A stretch of 64,000 nucleotides of DNA from Candidatus Poribacteria bacterium (GCA_965205025.1 CBDBFU010000013.1:224001-288000), one strand, 5' to 3'. Counted from the stretch's first letter, positions 29,904-41,841 are shown. Translations and numbers: made by a program. The notes: generated by a model not told the origin, from the letters alone.

Positions 29904-30989
29904 TCAACCTTTGTTTTTCTCCATGTTGATTTCATCAAATGTCGTTGCGGTTGCTATATCCTCAAAAAGCATATCAAGACGTGGTATACTTCGAATAGCA
30001 GAAATCTTATCTATGATTGCCTTTGGAACTGGATCAAATCGGATGTGGAGTAGTTTTAGAACATCTTCTCGTTTGGCTCGTAACTCACCTCTTTTTTCGC
30101 CTTCTTTTTTACCTTCTTTTTTACCTTGTTCAATTAGGAATTCAGCCATTGTCTGTGCCATTGCTTCTCCCTCCTCTCTATGTGAAGTTTCTTGGGATTG
30201 TTGATAAACTAAAGTCTTCAACTCATCATGTTCTTCAACGGGACGTCGGTGTAGAATTAACAGGTAAAGGTAGAAAATCGCACGCCGCCACTGTTGAGTT
30301 TTTTCAACATCAAGTGTGTCAATATGCTGTATTGCTTCTGTTATGGCAATCCGGATTTCCTCTTTTGCTGCATTTTCCTTTTGCAGAACAGTTAGCAACC
30401 ATCCAAACGGATGGTCGGTTTTGGTTAAATCTGCGGAGTCCGTTTCTTTTACACTCAGAAACAGGATTTCAAAGTTAGGGACAAAATCTACAAGTAATTC
30501 GGGCAATTCCATCAAGGTATAGAGTGATAGAGGTGTCTGCCATTTTTGTTCACCTGTATAAAATACAATCGGAATAATGGGGCGTAATCGTCTTTGACTC
30601 TTAGATATATTGTTGGATTCCCATTCGCGTCGTTGAAAATCCCATATCTGTGTCATATAGAACAGAACTCTAAAACCCATTGTTGCGTCTATCGTTGATT
30701 GGTGTTCAATAAGAATGTAAATCAGAAGTTCGTCTGTCTGTGTATCACTTTTAAATGGTACAGTATACACAAGGTCGGACTCCTGTTCTCGTAGATTGTC
30801 TGGAATGAAACTCCTGTTGATATGCACAAGTTGATTAAAATCAATATGTGGAACAAGGTGTTCAGTGACTATTTCTAACAGGCCTCGAACATTCTCTTTG
30901 TCTTCAAGTAACCATCGGGTGCTACGGTCATGGAACTGCTCTATAGGGTAATCTAAAAAAGAGAGGAACTCTGTATTTTTCATTTCCAT
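29904..30989 (-). CDS. Rpn/YhgA-family recombination-promoting nuclease (putative transposase)
   Basis: ESDLVY, YILIEHQS, PIIPIVFYTG, C-terminal EGKKEGEKRG repeats. Confidence 0.9.
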   Translation of the reverse strand: MEMKNTEFLSFLDYPIEQFHDRSTRWLLEDKENVRGLLEIVTEHLVPHIDFNQLVHINRSFIPDNLREQESDLVYTVPFKSDTQTDELLIYILIEHQSTIDATMGFRVLFYMTQIWDFQRREWESNNISKSQRRLRPIIPIVFYTGEQKWQTPLSLYTLMELPELLVDFVPNFEILFLSVKETDSADLTKTDHPFGWLLTVLQKENAAKEEIRIAITEAIQHIDTLDVEKTQQWRRAIFYLYLLILHRRPVEEHDELKTLVYQQSQETSHREEGEAMAQTMAEFLIEQGKKEGKKEGEKRGELRAKREDVLKLLHIRFDPVPKAIIDKISAIRSIPRLDMLFEDIATATTFDEINMEKNKG

Positions 30990-31132
30990 AAGTAATAACT
31001 ATTGCCACCTATGTTTATTATACTGAAGAGTTGTGTAAAATGTCAATTAAACTGTGTCTATGGGGTATGTAGAGTTCTTGACATTAAAGCACTGGAAGGT
31101 ATGTTCTTCGAATCAAGATACGTTTGTAGATA

Positions 31133-31158
31133 AGATCGGGGATCGGAATCCCTCCTAC
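31133..31158 (-). repeat. GTAG-tagged REP family C (GTAGGAGGGA.TCCGATYCCCGA); copies about 10081-10101, 14966-14985, 17629-17653, 62819-62843
   Basis: Repeated GTAG-tagged imperfect hairpin. Confidence 0.75.
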
Positions 31159-31267
31159 AGAAGAGGAGAAGATCAAGAATTGGAATCTACTCCTACATGA
31201 ACCTAATGCTTAAATAGACACCTTTAGTAACATAAAGTTAACACACCTTTTGTTTTCTTACCCCAAC

Positions 31268-32881
31268 TTATCTACTCTTCAACCGAATATCACCCGTAGA
31301 AGTCTGTAACTTCAACAATTGTCCACCCCCATTTATTGAACCCCGTACCCTCTTTTTTTGCATAGTAGTTGTCAACACAGGAAAGTCTGTCGATATATCT
31401 CCTACACTTGTTTTGACATCAATATCAGCTGCAAGATTAGATGAAAGCGTCAAAACTATATCTCCAGTAGATGTCTGTATATTCCATGCATGTTGAAGCT
31501 GTGTAGGCAAATGCATCCGGATATCTCCTGTTGATGATTTGACAGAAATTGATCCTTGACAATTTGACATAGTAATGTCACCGGTGGAGGATCCCCCTGA
31601 TATCGCACCTATGATTTTTTCAAGGTGTAGATCCCCTGTCGAGGTACGCACTTGGGTTGGACCACTTACATCAATAACATCAATGTCACCAGTGGATGTT
31701 GATACTTCTAATTCACCTGTTACACCATTTACAGAAATATCATCTATACGGGTATTTAAGTCAACATCATATTCTTGTGGTATAGTTACCTGAAAATGTA
31801 TTCTAATATCATTCAGTTCATTCTGCCAAAAGTTTACTCCCCGTTGAAACTTGCCAGTAATATTTAGATCGTGACCTGTATGATCAAAAGTCACATTGAA
31901 ATCATTCAAGATGTTTTGAAGGTTGAATAAATTTTTCTTTTTATCCTTTATTATTTTTAGCTCAATTGTATCTTTTTTATGGGTCTTCACATCAATTTCA
32001 CCAGAGTCTGTATCTATTGTTAAACGTCCACCTGAAATTACATCGAATGTTTTCTCAATCCTGTTTGTGTCGGTCTTCCGTTTGTCAGTTATATCTTCTC
32101 CAAACTGTAAGTTGGTTGAATCTATATTTGGGTTTGCTAATAATTCCTTTAGAACATTAGAAGAAACAGCGAATGCACTATTTTTTACTTTGACTGTAGT
32201 CTTACCATTATTTATAGTAATATGAGTATTCCCCCCTTTCGTAATAACTGAATTACCAGGTCCTCCAAATTTAATGGTTACCCGTCCATCATCGTAATTG
32301 ATTCCATTTCTTAGTTCTGATATGAGTATGGCTAAACCTATTACTCTCCCTTGACGATTTAGAATGGGACCACCTATGTTTTTATCGGAAATAGGATTTG
32401 TGATACGAATATAGTCGTTGTTTTTTGAATTGCCTTTTATAGTGCCTTTTTCAACTGTTGATTCCGGCGGCGTCTTTATAGTGTAAGTTGTACCACTATG
32501 TTGGAGTTCATTGCTAATTGATAAAGGCTTAACACCTGGAATTGAAACATTTAGGAGAGCCAACTCCTGTTTATTCCCTACAATTGTCATATCTTTAACA
32601 AAGTATCTTGTTCTCTTACCAACAAATTTGACATATATTTCAACTTGGTTTTGAGGTGGAATATAGTTGTAGAGTTTAGAGAAATGGGTAACCACTTTAT
32701 TGTCCGATATGAAAAAACCTAATCCGATAGAAGTTGTATTGCCGTTGATATCATCTATTTCTACAGCTACGATGGAATTCAGAGCATTCTTCACAGCAGT
32801 TGGTGTATATTGTGCAGTTGCAGTATTGATTAAACCAGAAAATAACATGAAAACAAGAGTAAACTGTAAAACACGTTTCAT
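31268..32881 (-). CDS. Secreted trypsin-like (likely inactive) domain fused to DUF4097-like adhesin repeats
   Basis: GLGFFI..VVTH, KNIGGPILN; C-terminal repeated TSTGDI units. Confidence 0.8.
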   Translation of the reverse strand: MKRVLQFTLVFMLFSGLINTATAQYTPTAVKNALNSIVAVEIDDINGNTTSIGLGFFISDNKVVTHFSKLYNYIPPQNQVEIYVKFVGKRTRYFVKDMTIVGNKQELALLNVSIPGVKPLSISNELQHSGTTYTIKTPPESTVEKGTIKGNSKNNDYIRITNPISDKNIGGPILNRQGRVIGLAILISELRNGINYDDGRVTIKFGGPGNSVITKGGNTHITINNGKTTVKVKNSAFAVSSNVLKELLANPNIDSTNLQFGEDITDKRKTDTNRIEKTFDVISGGRLTIDTDSGEIDVKTHKKDTIELKIIKDKKKNLFNLQNILNDFNVTFDHTGHDLNITGKFQRGVNFWQNELNDIRIHFQVTIPQEYDVDLNTRIDDISVNGVTGELEVSTSTGDIDVIDVSGPTQVRTSTGDLHLEKIIGAISGGSSTGDITMSNCQGSISVKSSTGDIRMHLPTQLQHAWNIQTSTGDIVLTLSSNLAADIDVKTSVGDISTDFPVLTTTMQKKRVRGSINGGGQLLKLQTSTGDIRLKSR

Positions 32882-32976
32882 ATTATACTCCTTTAGTGCA
32901 ATTGAATAATTGACTTAGTTTGTTATGTATTGAGTTTTCATACACTTTAGTAAAACTTTCGCGAATAATGAAAAAC

Positions 32977-35900
32977 TTACGCTACTTCATTATTAACATC
33001 TTGCGTGTAGCAGAAAATTCGCCCAGCGGTGAGCGTATAGAAATACACACCACTTGCCACAGACTCACCAAGTGCATTTTTTCCATCCCAATGTGCAGCA
33101 CGACTCCGACTCTGATACATACCGGCATTTTGATGTCCTAACGCTAATGTGCGAACAACCGCACCATCCGCTGTATGAATAGTCAAAAACACATCCGCAG
33201 ATTTCGCGAGGTGATACGGTATCCACGTCTCTGGATTGAATGGATTTGGGTAGTTCGCTAATAGTGCTGTTTTTTCTGGGGTCAGGGATTCTAATAGTTT
33301 CTGTAGGTTTTCAATTCCTCGTTGGAAAGCAATAGAACCATCGTTTTCAGCGAATGCTTGATCTATCCATGCTTGAACCATTGCAGGCATGAGTTCCTTA
33401 TTGTCTCTTGTAAGTAAAGGAGACGCAGTAGCGGAATCCGCTGACGCACCAAAGTTTTGTGCCACAAGAATAAGGTCTTGGATATTGATAACTCCATCTC
33501 GATTTACATCGGTCCGCAAGTTACCGGGTGTATCTGAACCCAAATCCTTTGCTACAAGAACCAGATCCACGATACTTACACGTCCATCTTGATTCACATC
33601 CCAAGCAGGATATTCCCCTACAGTGATGGTAATATTCGGAGGTACAGCCGGAATAATGTCCCCTGTGATAGAACTAAACTCAAAATTTCCCAGTGTTACA
33701 TGTGTTTCACCACCAACTTTTGCCTTGAATGTTACCGACAACAGCGTGCCTGTGCCGCTGACACCACTTTCAGCTATCCGCGCTGAATACAGACTTGTGA
33801 TTTTGCCTGCTGTGTTATCAATTGTGCCAGCCTGAAAGAAAGTATTCTCGGATTCTGCCTTCAGGAAATCACCTTCGGTGACTTCAACTGCTTCAAGTGC
33901 ATCAGGGTCAAACGTAACATCACCTTGCCATCCTGCTAAATCGGTAATGTTTTCTGCATTGAGATTTAGTGTAAAAGTATCGCCAGCGAGAAGGTTTGTT
34001 GTCTCCGTTGCGGAAAACGAAAAACCGACACCTGGAGGTACCAAAGTATATTCTGTGCCTTCATCAAACCCGATAGAGCATAACCTATAATGCCTTTCAT
34101 TCAAGTTTAGAATTGCAACTAACAGGACATTTGCGCCTTCTTTGAGTGTAACAGGGGAAAATCGATCATATAGCCGTGCACCACTATGTGTTCTAACGGC
34201 TTTATGTACCAAGTCCCCATTGAGCCAGATTTTTACAGACACGTCTTCACTTCCTTCAAGTATTTTTGTTTTCTGTTCACGAGGTGAATTTAAGACAATA
34301 GTACTATAAATTAAGGGGGGTTTTCCAGGGTATGTCCTTCTGTGTTCCTTTCCAACAAGAGACAGCATTTCAAGAATATTAGTGCCTTCTTGCTCAATTT
34401 TGGCAGATTTCCAGACGTTATCTCCGACATGTTGTCCGTCTGTTGCACTGTATATAGCGACTTGCTGTTCTGTCACGGCACCGCCACTCGCTTCAGCTAA
34501 CCAATCTGCGTCAAAATGTTCTGCGGGTAATTTCAGCCACGTCCAAGGTCCCTCTATTCTCGGTCCGCTCATAGCGGAACCTGGGTTTTCAAGCCAAAAA
34601 ACATTTGGGAATATAGGGGAATTTTCCAAAGGAGAAATATCTGATATTGAGTTGTTATAAAGTTTCACCACTTCCAGATTTACCAATTTTGCTAGTGGAG
34701 ACACGTCCGATATTTTGTTTCCGTGAATATCCAAATGTTTCAAATTCGTCAATGCTGCCAAAGGTGTTATATCTGATATACCATTGGTATTCGCTACAAA
34801 TTTCTCCAAGTTTGTTAACTTTGTAATGGGGGATAAATCTGTTGTAGAATTATAGGCAATGTCAAGAATAGTCAACCCTGTAAAACCTGCCAACTGTGAA
34901 ATGTCTTTTATGCCCCCATCATGAAATGTCAATCTTCTCAGACTTTTTATGTCTGCCAAAGGAGAGAGATCAGGTGCGGGGAAACTACCAAAGTCTACCC
35001 ATTTCAGTTTGGGTAGTTTGGTAAGTGGCGATAAATCAGATATAGTAGGTGTATCCCATGCTCCTAAACCGATAAGGTTTGTCAATCCCACAAGTGGCGA
35101 GAGATCGGATATAGGATTCTCTGAAATCCACAACTCTTCCAAATTTACCGCAAACGCAATACCTGTTAAATCCTTAATGTCCCTGTTACTTGCTCTTAAG
35201 ATTGTTAATGTTGCCATCTCTTCAAGCGTAATCGGAACGGAATTAGCATCCTCTTTGCCAAGTGCCTCTGCGATAACGGTGCGGAGGTTCGGGTCAGGAA
35301 TATCAACCTCTGAAGGCGGTAACACCGTATATTCTGTGCCTTCATCAAAACCAAAGAAACCACTCCAATTTCCCCATCTATTGTCAATAGCTACTAATAA
35401 TACATTTACACCTTCATTCAAGGTTACAGATATATTGCTTTGGTAATTGATAGCAGTCGGATCCCAACGTTCCCCGAACTTCTTATGAATGAACTCTCCA
35501 TTTAGCCATACCTTGACACCATCATCTGCTCCTACAAATATTTCTGTCTGCTGTTCCCGCGGAGAATATAATTTAATTGAACCATAGAGAATATAACCGA
35601 CTGTCTCATCACCTATTGACCAACCTAGGGTATCCATCAACTCTCCGATATTATTTTCTCCTGAAGGAGTAATCTTGTGTGGAGTCCATGTGCTTTCTCC
35701 AACAGTCTTACCCTCTACTGCTCCATAAGTAGCAATCTGTAATTCGGTAACATCGCCTCTACTCGCTTGTGCTAAGAAATCTGTGCTGCTGTCAAGTTCT
35801 GGTCCTGACACCATCGCCCATAGCCAAGGACCTTCAATTTTTGGCCCGCCGACAGGGAAACCGGGATTCTCATGCCAAATTATATTTAGATTTTTTGGTA

Positions 35901-38900
35901 ACCCCTCCAAAGGTGAAATGTCTGAGATATTGTTGAATGCAATATCTATCCAAACCAAGTCATGTAAAGATGCCAGTGGAGAAACATCTGATATTTTGTT
36001 TCTGTGCAAATTTAAACGTCTCAAATTCCGCAGAGATGCCAATGGGGAAACATCTGCTATTTGATTATTGTCAAACAATTCTAATTCCTCCAAATTAACC
36101 AATCCTGCCAGCGGTGAAATATCTGATATTCCGCTACGTCCAACAGATAATTTTTTCAATTCCACTAATCCTTTTAATGGTGCAAGACTTGGACTCTCAG
36201 CGTAGAAAATTTCCAACTTTTCCAAATTTGTCAACCCAGCAAGTGGCGACAAATCGGATACTGGTGCGTGATTAAAGTACAACCTTTTCATTTTTCTAAG
36301 ATCCGCGAGGGGAGATAAATCAGATACAGTAGTTGAAAATAAGACAAGTTCTTCTATGTTAATTAATCCCACAAATGGCGATAAGTCAGTTATTGATTTA
36401 CCTGAAACAGAAAGACGTTTGAGATTTGTTAATCCAGCAAGAGGTGACAAATCGGATAACAGACCATCAAAAGACCATCTAACAACGAAAGATTCCAGAT
36501 TGGTTGCTAACTGAAGTCCGGTCAGATCTTGGATACTTGCATCCACTGAGTTAAGGTGGATCAGCGTCTCCATATCCTCTGCTGTAATCACATCACCGGA
36601 TACTTTATCAAGTGCTTCTTCAATTACTGAGCGTAGGTTAGGGTCAGGAATGTGGACATTTAAGGAGGGGGACACCGTATATTCCGTACCTTCTTCAAAT
36701 CCAAAGTAACCGCTCCAATTATCACCGTTGTTGTTATCAATAGCCACAAGCAAGACATTTTTGCCTGTTTTTAGCTTAACAGGAAAGAATGTGTGGTAAC
36801 CATGATCAAAGTAGTGTCCACCGTGTTTACGAATTAACTCTCCATTTAGCCAGACTTTCGTGGCCTTATCACTTCCAATGAACATATTTATGTTTTGTTC
36901 TTGTGGTGAATAGAGGGTAGTAGAACCATAGACTACGAAGGTAGGGTATTGTGGAGGATTTAGCCCGATGCCACGTAACATTGTGTTAATGTTATCCTCG
37001 TCTTCTCCGTCAATTCTGCCAGCTGTCCAAGTACTGTCTCCGACAACCTCACCTTCTGTAACACCATTAGTAGCGACTTCTTGTTCTGTCACTTGATTGT
37101 TACTCGCCGCTGCTAACAGGTCCTTTGTGCTAAGGTGTGCGCGGTCTTCATCATCAAGTTCACCAGGGACGGTTACCCATAGCCACGGTCCCTCTATTTT
37201 CGGTCCTCCACTAAAACCTGGATTATCGTGTGAAACTATAGATGTACTTTCAAGTAACGCTTCCAAAGGGGAGAAGTCGGATATGAAATTGTGTTGAAGT
37301 CCTAACCAATTTAACTGTGACAACTTTGCCAGAGATGATATGTCCGATATCAAATTGTCTTGAAGTTCTAACTTTTTCAACCTTGTTAACTTTACCAAAG
37401 GTGATATGTCCGATATAAGGTTTTCTTTAAGGTTCAGATGTGTTAGAGATACTAAACCAGACAAGGGCAATACATCAGATATCCCGTTACCATTTAGAAG
37501 GAGTGTTTCCAGTTTCGTTAAACTCACCAAGGGTTTCAAATCCGAAACATGTGTGATACTAATATCTAAAGATCTTAGATGCCGTAAGCCTGCCAACGGA
37601 GAAATATCTGATATAGGATTACCCCAAGCTGAAAAACTATCCAGACGTGCTGCAGCTTCAAGTCCTGTTAAATCCTTAATATCCTTGTTATTTGCGACGA
37701 AACTTCCCAATCTTGCCATATCATCCAATGTAATTTCGGATCCTGGCGCTTTGTCCAGTGCTTCCTCAATTGCAGCGCGTAGGTTTACATCGGGAATATA
37801 AACACCAGCACCCGGAATACGCTCCGGACGTTCCACAACGGGAGGCACCACACTATCAGGTGTGTTCAGCGCAGAAATTACCGTGTCATAATTCGATGTC
37901 CAAGCATCTCGTTTTATCGTGCCATTTTCTACCGTCAGTATCCCTAACAAGTTTTGTAGCCCCACATTCTCACGTATTTTTTCAAGGAATGTTTCTGTTT
38001 CTAACCCAACTGCAGATGCAGCGTGTGCTGCACTGAGAGGTGCTTGAAACGCTTCGTGCAATCGTTGGACCGGTTCAATACCACCAAATACGCCCCCTGT
38101 TTTTTCCAGTGCCGTACGAAAACGTTCTATATCTTCCGCTACAAGTTCATCCATCTCGGTTTTTTCAACATAAAGGTCCAATGCACGATCTTTGTTAAAA
38201 GGTGGGTTATCTGCTTGTTCAACAACAGCACGCACCTCGTCTTCAAACGTCTGCATTCCTTTTGTGTGGCAACCGATGCAGGAGAGACCCGTGCGCACTG
38301 TCGGATCCGCCACAGCAGGATTCGAAACGATGCTGATCGGCGCCGCATCGATGCGGGTGCCTTCCCTATCTACAATAAGATATGCCTGTAAACCATTCGG
38401 TAAATTGAAAATAATTTCACCACCATCTTGTGAGAAATCAAGCGGATGTGAAAAGATATTCTGTGCCTCTGAACTCCCCGCAAAGTCATAACTTTTCCAA
38501 TACGCACCATACCGTGATATGTGACGCTCAAGAATACGATTGTGCCTGGAAACACGGGAATCATTAAAACCCGCCCGCCACACACGTTTTCCAGGGGCAT
38601 TTTGGAGGTTTTCGGTGACAAACACCTCAAGTGCTGCTTCTAATTCACGGTCTGTTTCGGGTAACGCAAGAATGTCATGGTAGAGGGGTGGCAGTGATGC
38701 ATTTGCAAGAAACCAATCTATATGGACAAACGGCACTTCACAGTTCATCTCTTGCTGTAAAGTCGTCAGTTTTTCACGGAGATGTGTTTGTGTCTGCGAG
38801 TCAAACGTCATTTTGTAGGGATATGCCTGTTCAATTTGTGTCCATGCATCGTTTCTCACATCCCATTCATAATCGCGTAGGTCAATGTAGTAAACGGTTT

Positions 38901-39543
38901 GTTCCGCATCAATAGGCTGCGGTTTCACCACCTCGCGTCCCCAAGATAGGCTATTAATCAGTTTTGAGAGTGCACGCCGATATGCGTTGAGTGCTTCTGT
39001 CGTCTCACCTGCATTATACAGATGTGTTAACGTAAAATAGCGTGCAAACGATTTGTCACTTGACGAAAGAGAATTGACGTGGTTTTCAATTGTCTGAAGT
39101 ACTGTATCAGTCGTAATGAAATCGGTTTCTGGTTTGGGGATGGCATCCCAATCCGGTGCGCCTGCCAAAATCCATTGGCGAATTGTCTCAATTGCTTCGA
39201 GGGCAAGCGGTGGTTGTCCTTGCGGCATCCGTTTAGCAACATTCGTTTCGATGAGTCGTTGATAGAACACGGAACCCTCTGGATCACCGGGAATGACTTT
39301 TCCATCATCAATAAGTGCTGTGTATTCAATAAGAAGATCATCAGAGAACGAACCATTTTTCCCGTGACAGATTAAACAGGATTGCTCAAAGATCGCATAA
39401 GCCTCTTGGGCAAGATTCTGTTGTGCGTTTACATTCTGATGAAACAAAATGAATGTCCATACAAAAGCAGTGATTAAAATGAATAGTTTGTTGTCTTTCA
39501 AGTTTTCTCCTATTTTCAAAATTAGATTTTCTGTAAGATTCAA
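32977..39543 (-). CDS. Giant secreted cytochrome c / LRR (internalin-like) / cohesin / dockerin-like / FlgD-Ig protein
   Basis: CLICH and CIGCH heme motifs, ISDISPL LRRs in three blocks, DVNQDGRVSIVDL, NYPNPFNPETWIPY; an extra base near 33022 shifts the native end TAGEFSATRKMLIMK* (stop 32982). Confidence 0.9.
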   Translation of the reverse strand: MNLTENLILKIGENLKDNKLFILITAFVWTFILFHQNVNAQQNLAQEAYAIFEQSCLICHGKNGSFSDDLLIEYTALIDDGKVIPGDPEGSVFYQRLIETNVAKRMPQGQPPLALEAIETIRQWILAGAPDWDAIPKPETDFITTDTVLQTIENHVNSLSSSDKSFARYFTLTHLYNAGETTEALNAYRRALSKLINSLSWGREVVKPQPIDAEQTVYYIDLRDYEWDVRNDAWTQIEQAYPYKMTFDSQTQTHLREKLTTLQQEMNCEVPFVHIDWFLANASLPPLYHDILALPETDRELEAALEVFVTENLQNAPGKRVWRAGFNDSRVSRHNRILERHISRYGAYWKSYDFAGSSEAQNIFSHPLDFSQDGGEIIFNLPNGLQAYLIVDREGTRIDAAPISIVSNPAVADPTVRTGLSCIGCHTKGMQTFEDEVRAVVEQADNPPFNKDRALDLYVEKTEMDELVAEDIERFRTALEKTGGVFGGIEPVQRLHEAFQAPLSAAHAASAVGLETETFLEKIRENVGLQNLLGILTVENGTIKRDAWTSNYDTVISALNTPDSVVPPVVERPERIPGAGVYIPDVNLRAAIEEALDKAPGSEITLDDMARLGSFVANNKDIKDLTGLEAAARLDSFSAWGNPISDISPLAGLRHLRSLDISITHVSDLKPLVSLTKLETLLLNGNGISDVLPLSGLVSLTHLNLKENLISDISPLVKLTRLKKLELQDNLISDISSLAKLSQLNWLGLQHNFISDFSPLEALLESTSIVSHDNPGFSGGPKIEGPWLWVTVPGELDDEDRAHLSTKDLLAAASNNQVTEQEVATNGVTEGEVVGDSTWTAGRIDGEDEDNINTMLRGIGLNPPQYPTFVVYGSTTLYSPQEQNINMFIGSDKATKVWLNGELIRKHGGHYFDHGYHTFFPVKLKTGKNVLLVAIDNNNGDNWSGYFGFEEGTEYTVSPSLNVHIPDPNLRSVIEEALDKVSGDVITAEDMETLIHLNSVDASIQDLTGLQLATNLESFVVRWSFDGLLSDLSPLAGLTNLKRLSVSGKSITDLSPFVGLINIEELVLFSTTVSDLSPLADLRKMKRLYFNHAPVSDLSPLAGLTNLEKLEIFYAESPSLAPLKGLVELKKLSVGRSGISDISPLAGLVNLEELELFDNNQIADVSPLASLRNLRRLNLHRNKISDVSPLASLHDLVWIDIAFNNISDISPLEGLPKNLNIIWHENPGFPVGGPKIEGPWLWAMVSGPELDSSTDFLAQASRGDVTELQIATYGAVEGKTVGESTWTPHKITPSGENNIGELMDTLGWSIGDETVGYILYGSIKLYSPREQQTEIFVGADDGVKVWLNGEFIHKKFGERWDPTAINYQSNISVTLNEGVNVLLVAIDNRWGNWSGFFGFDEGTEYTVLPPSEVDIPDPNLRTVIAEALGKEDANSVPITLEEMATLTILRASNRDIKDLTGIAFAVNLEELWISENPISDLSPLVGLTNLIGLGAWDTPTISDLSPLTKLPKLKWVDFGSFPAPDLSPLADIKSLRRLTFHDGGIKDISQLAGFTGLTILDIAYNSTTDLSPITKLTNLEKFVANTNGISDITPLAALTNLKHLDIHGNKISDVSPLAKLVNLEVVKLYNNSISDISPLENSPIFPNVFWLENPGSAMSGPRIEGPWTWLKLPAEHFDADWLAEASGGAVTEQQVAIYSATDGQHVGDNVWKSAKIEQEGTNILEMLSLVGKEHRRTYPGKPPLIYSTIVLNSPREQKTKILEGSEDVSVKIWLNGDLVHKAVRTHSGARLYDRFSPVTLKEGANVLLVAILNLNERHYRLCSIGFDEGTEYTLVPPGVGFSFSATETTNLLAGDTFTLNLNAENITDLAGWQGDVTFDPDALEAVEVTEGDFLKAESENTFFQAGTIDNTAGKITSLYSARIAESGVSGTGTLLSVTFKAKVGGETHVTLGNFEFSSITGDIIPAVPPNITITVGEYPAWDVNQDGRVSIVDLVLVAKDLGSDTPGNLRTDVNRDGVINIQDLILVAQNFGASADSATASPLLTRDNKELMPAMVQAWIDQAFAENDGSIAFQRGIENLQKLLESLTPEKTALLANYPNPFNPETWIPYHLAKSADVFLTIHTADGAVVRTLALGHQNAGMYQSRSRAAHWDGKNALGESVASGVYFYTLTAGRIFCYTQDVNNEVA

Positions 39544-39594
39544 TATCTAACGAACCGATCTGTGACCGGTTGTATCCTGTCCCCTACATACACA

Positions 39595-41820
39595 TCAAGA
39601 CAGGGAATTCTTCCTCCACTGCAATCGCAGACTATTCATCACAACAGACACACTACTAAACGCCATTGCAAACGCAGCCAGCATTGGGTGCAACTCCCGT
39701 AGCATTGATGGTAAAACATCCAAGGGGAATAGAACACCCGCAGCAACAGGTATTAATAACACATTATAAAAGAATGCCCAAAACAGATTTTGTTTTATTG
39801 TTCGGAGGGTAGTTCGACTCAACCGTATTGCATTAGGAATAGTCTTAAGATCCCCATGCATGAGTGTTAAATCAGCAGTTTCCATTGCAATATCTGTCCC
39901 TGTCCCAAGTGCCATCCCGACATCCGCTTGTGCTAAAGCAGGTGCATCGTTGATACCATCTCCCACCATCGCAACATACCCATCCGTCTGTTCTTGTACT
40001 TCTTTGACTGCAGAGGCTTTGTCTTTTGGAAGTAGTTCTGACATCACATCCGTAATTCCAACTGTTTTCGCAATTGCACCTGCAGTTTCTCGATTATCCC
40101 CTGTCATCATTGTCACCTTACATCCAAGTTGCTGGAGTTCGGTAACTGCATTATTGGCTTCAGGTTTTACCGTATCAGCAACAGCAAGAAGTCCTATTAT
40201 CTTGGAATCTACTGCTACCCATAGTACAGTTTTCCCTTCAGCTTGTAACCGTACTGCCTCATTTTCATACTGTTGTGCTGGTATGTCATGATGTTCCAGT
40301 AATGACCTATTACCTATGACAATCTGTGTGCCATTAACTTTGGCAATAACACCGTTCCCAACAACTGCCTCAAAGTCTGATGGAACACTGGTTTCAATTC
40401 CACGTTCAGAGGCAGCCTGAACAACTGCTTTCCCAATTGGGTGTTCACTACCACGTTCCGCAGAGGCAGCAAATTGTAATAACGCAGTTTCATCTTCACC
40501 ATCGGTAATTATGTCAGTAAGACTAAGTTCACCTTTTGTTAATGTACCTGTTTTATCAATAACAATTTGAGTCACTTCACCCACATGTTCTAACGCTTCA
40601 CTGTTTCTAAAGAGGATGCCATGTTCCGCTCCGATTCCAGTACTCACCATTATCGCTGTGGGTGTTGCAAGCCCCAACGCACATGGACACGCAATTACCA
40701 ACACGGCAACTAAACGAAGCATCGCAGATATAAAACCATCATCAATAACAAACCACCATAATAGAAATGTTAAAACGGCTATACCTAAGACAACAGGGAC
40801 AAATACACTCGCAACAGCATCCGCAGTACGTTGAATGGGTGCTTTGCTCTGTTGTGTTGCTTGAACTAACTGAATAAGTCGTGCAAGGGAAGTCTCTGAA
40901 CCAACACGCGTCGCTTCAATTGTTAGGAGTCCATTCTGATTAATTGTCGCACTGGCAACCGTATCGTCTACAGATTTGTCAACAGGCATGCTTTCACCTG
41001 TAAATAGACTTTCATCAACGGCACTTGAACCTTCCCGGACTATACCGTCTACAGGGATACTCTCACCCGGACGAACCAGGAGTATATTACCAACAGCCAC
41101 TTGCGTAATCTGGATCTGTTGTTCTTCACCATCTTTGAGGAGGCACGCTGTTTGTGGTGAGAGTCGCATGAGTTTTTTGAGCGCAGCACTTGTCTGGCCT
41201 TTGGCACGCGCTTCCAATAGCTTGCCAAGTTTAATAAGTGTGATGATAACCGCTGCTGTTTCAAAGTAAACATGTTCCCCAATACCTTGTAGATTTAATG
41301 GCAGAGCCATCAAGACGACGAGACTATAGAAAAATGCTACAGATGTACCCAATGCAACCAGAACATCCATGTTTGCTGAACGATTCCGCAATGACTTTAC
41401 ACTACCGATGTAATAATCCCAACCAACATAGAATTGGACAGGGAGTGCCAAAAGAAACATGACCCATGGGGTATGCGACCATTGACCCCATAACCCCATA
41501 TTTCTCCCCATACTCAGTACAAATAGGGGTAGAGTGAAGAGAATTCCTACAATAAAATGTTGCTTTTGTCGTTTGAGTTCTTCCGCACGTGCTTCTGCTT
41601 CAGAATCAGCATCCACTACATCAAAACCGAGTGAACGGATTTTATCGACAATAGTATCCTTGGTAAGAGTGGAAGGATTATAGGTAACCGCTGCATTTTC
41701 AGTGGCAATGCTAACGTCAGCATTCAGAATTCCATCCATCTGTGTGAGATTTCGCGTAATGGTTGCCGCACAGTTTTCACAATGCATCCCAGTAATGGGT
41801 AAGGTAAGTTGCTGTTGCAT
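39595..41820 (-). CDS. copA: Copper-translocating P1B-type ATPase
   Basis: [42 protein letters not shown] and MAFSS. Confidence 0.93.
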   Translation of the reverse strand: MQQQLTLPITGMHCENCAATITRNLTQMDGILNADVSIATENAAVTYNPSTLTKDTIVDKIRSLGFDVVDADSEAEARAEELKRQKQHFIVGILFTLPLFVLSMGRNMGLWGQWSHTPWVMFLLALPVQFYVGWDYYIGSVKSLRNRSANMDVLVALGTSVAFFYSLVVLMALPLNLQGIGEHVYFETAAVIITLIKLGKLLEARAKGQTSAALKKLMRLSPQTACLLKDGEEQQIQITQVAVGNILLVRPGESIPVDGIVREGSSAVDESLFTGESMPVDKSVDDTVASATINQNGLLTIEATRVGSETSLARLIQLVQATQQSKAPIQRTADAVASVFVPVVLGIAVLTFLLWWFVIDDGFISAMLRLVAVLVIACPCALGLATPTAIMVSTGIGAEHGILFRNSEALEHVGEVTQIVIDKTGTLTKGELSLTDIITDGEDETALLQFAASAERGSEHPIGKAVVQAASERGIETSVPSDFEAVVGNGVIAKVNGTQIVIGNRSLLEHHDIPAQQYENEAVRLQAEGKTVLWVAVDSKIIGLLAVADTVKPEANNAVTELQQLGCKVTMMTGDNRETAGAIAKTVGITDVMSELLPKDKASAVKEVQEQTDGYVAMVGDGINDAPALAQADVGMALGTGTDIAMETADLTLMHGDLKTIPNAIRLSRTTLRTIKQNLFWAFFYNVLLIPVAAGVLFPLDVLPSMLRELHPMLAAFAMAFSSVSVVMNSLRLQWRKNSLS

Positions 41821-41841
41821 AATCTAAATCCTTTGTCAATT

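Noticed and set aside
33389-39375. Numerous antisense ORFs within large genes (also inside mod, res, copA, MTase)
   Set aside because: Opposite-strand or off-frame shadows of well-supported CDSs
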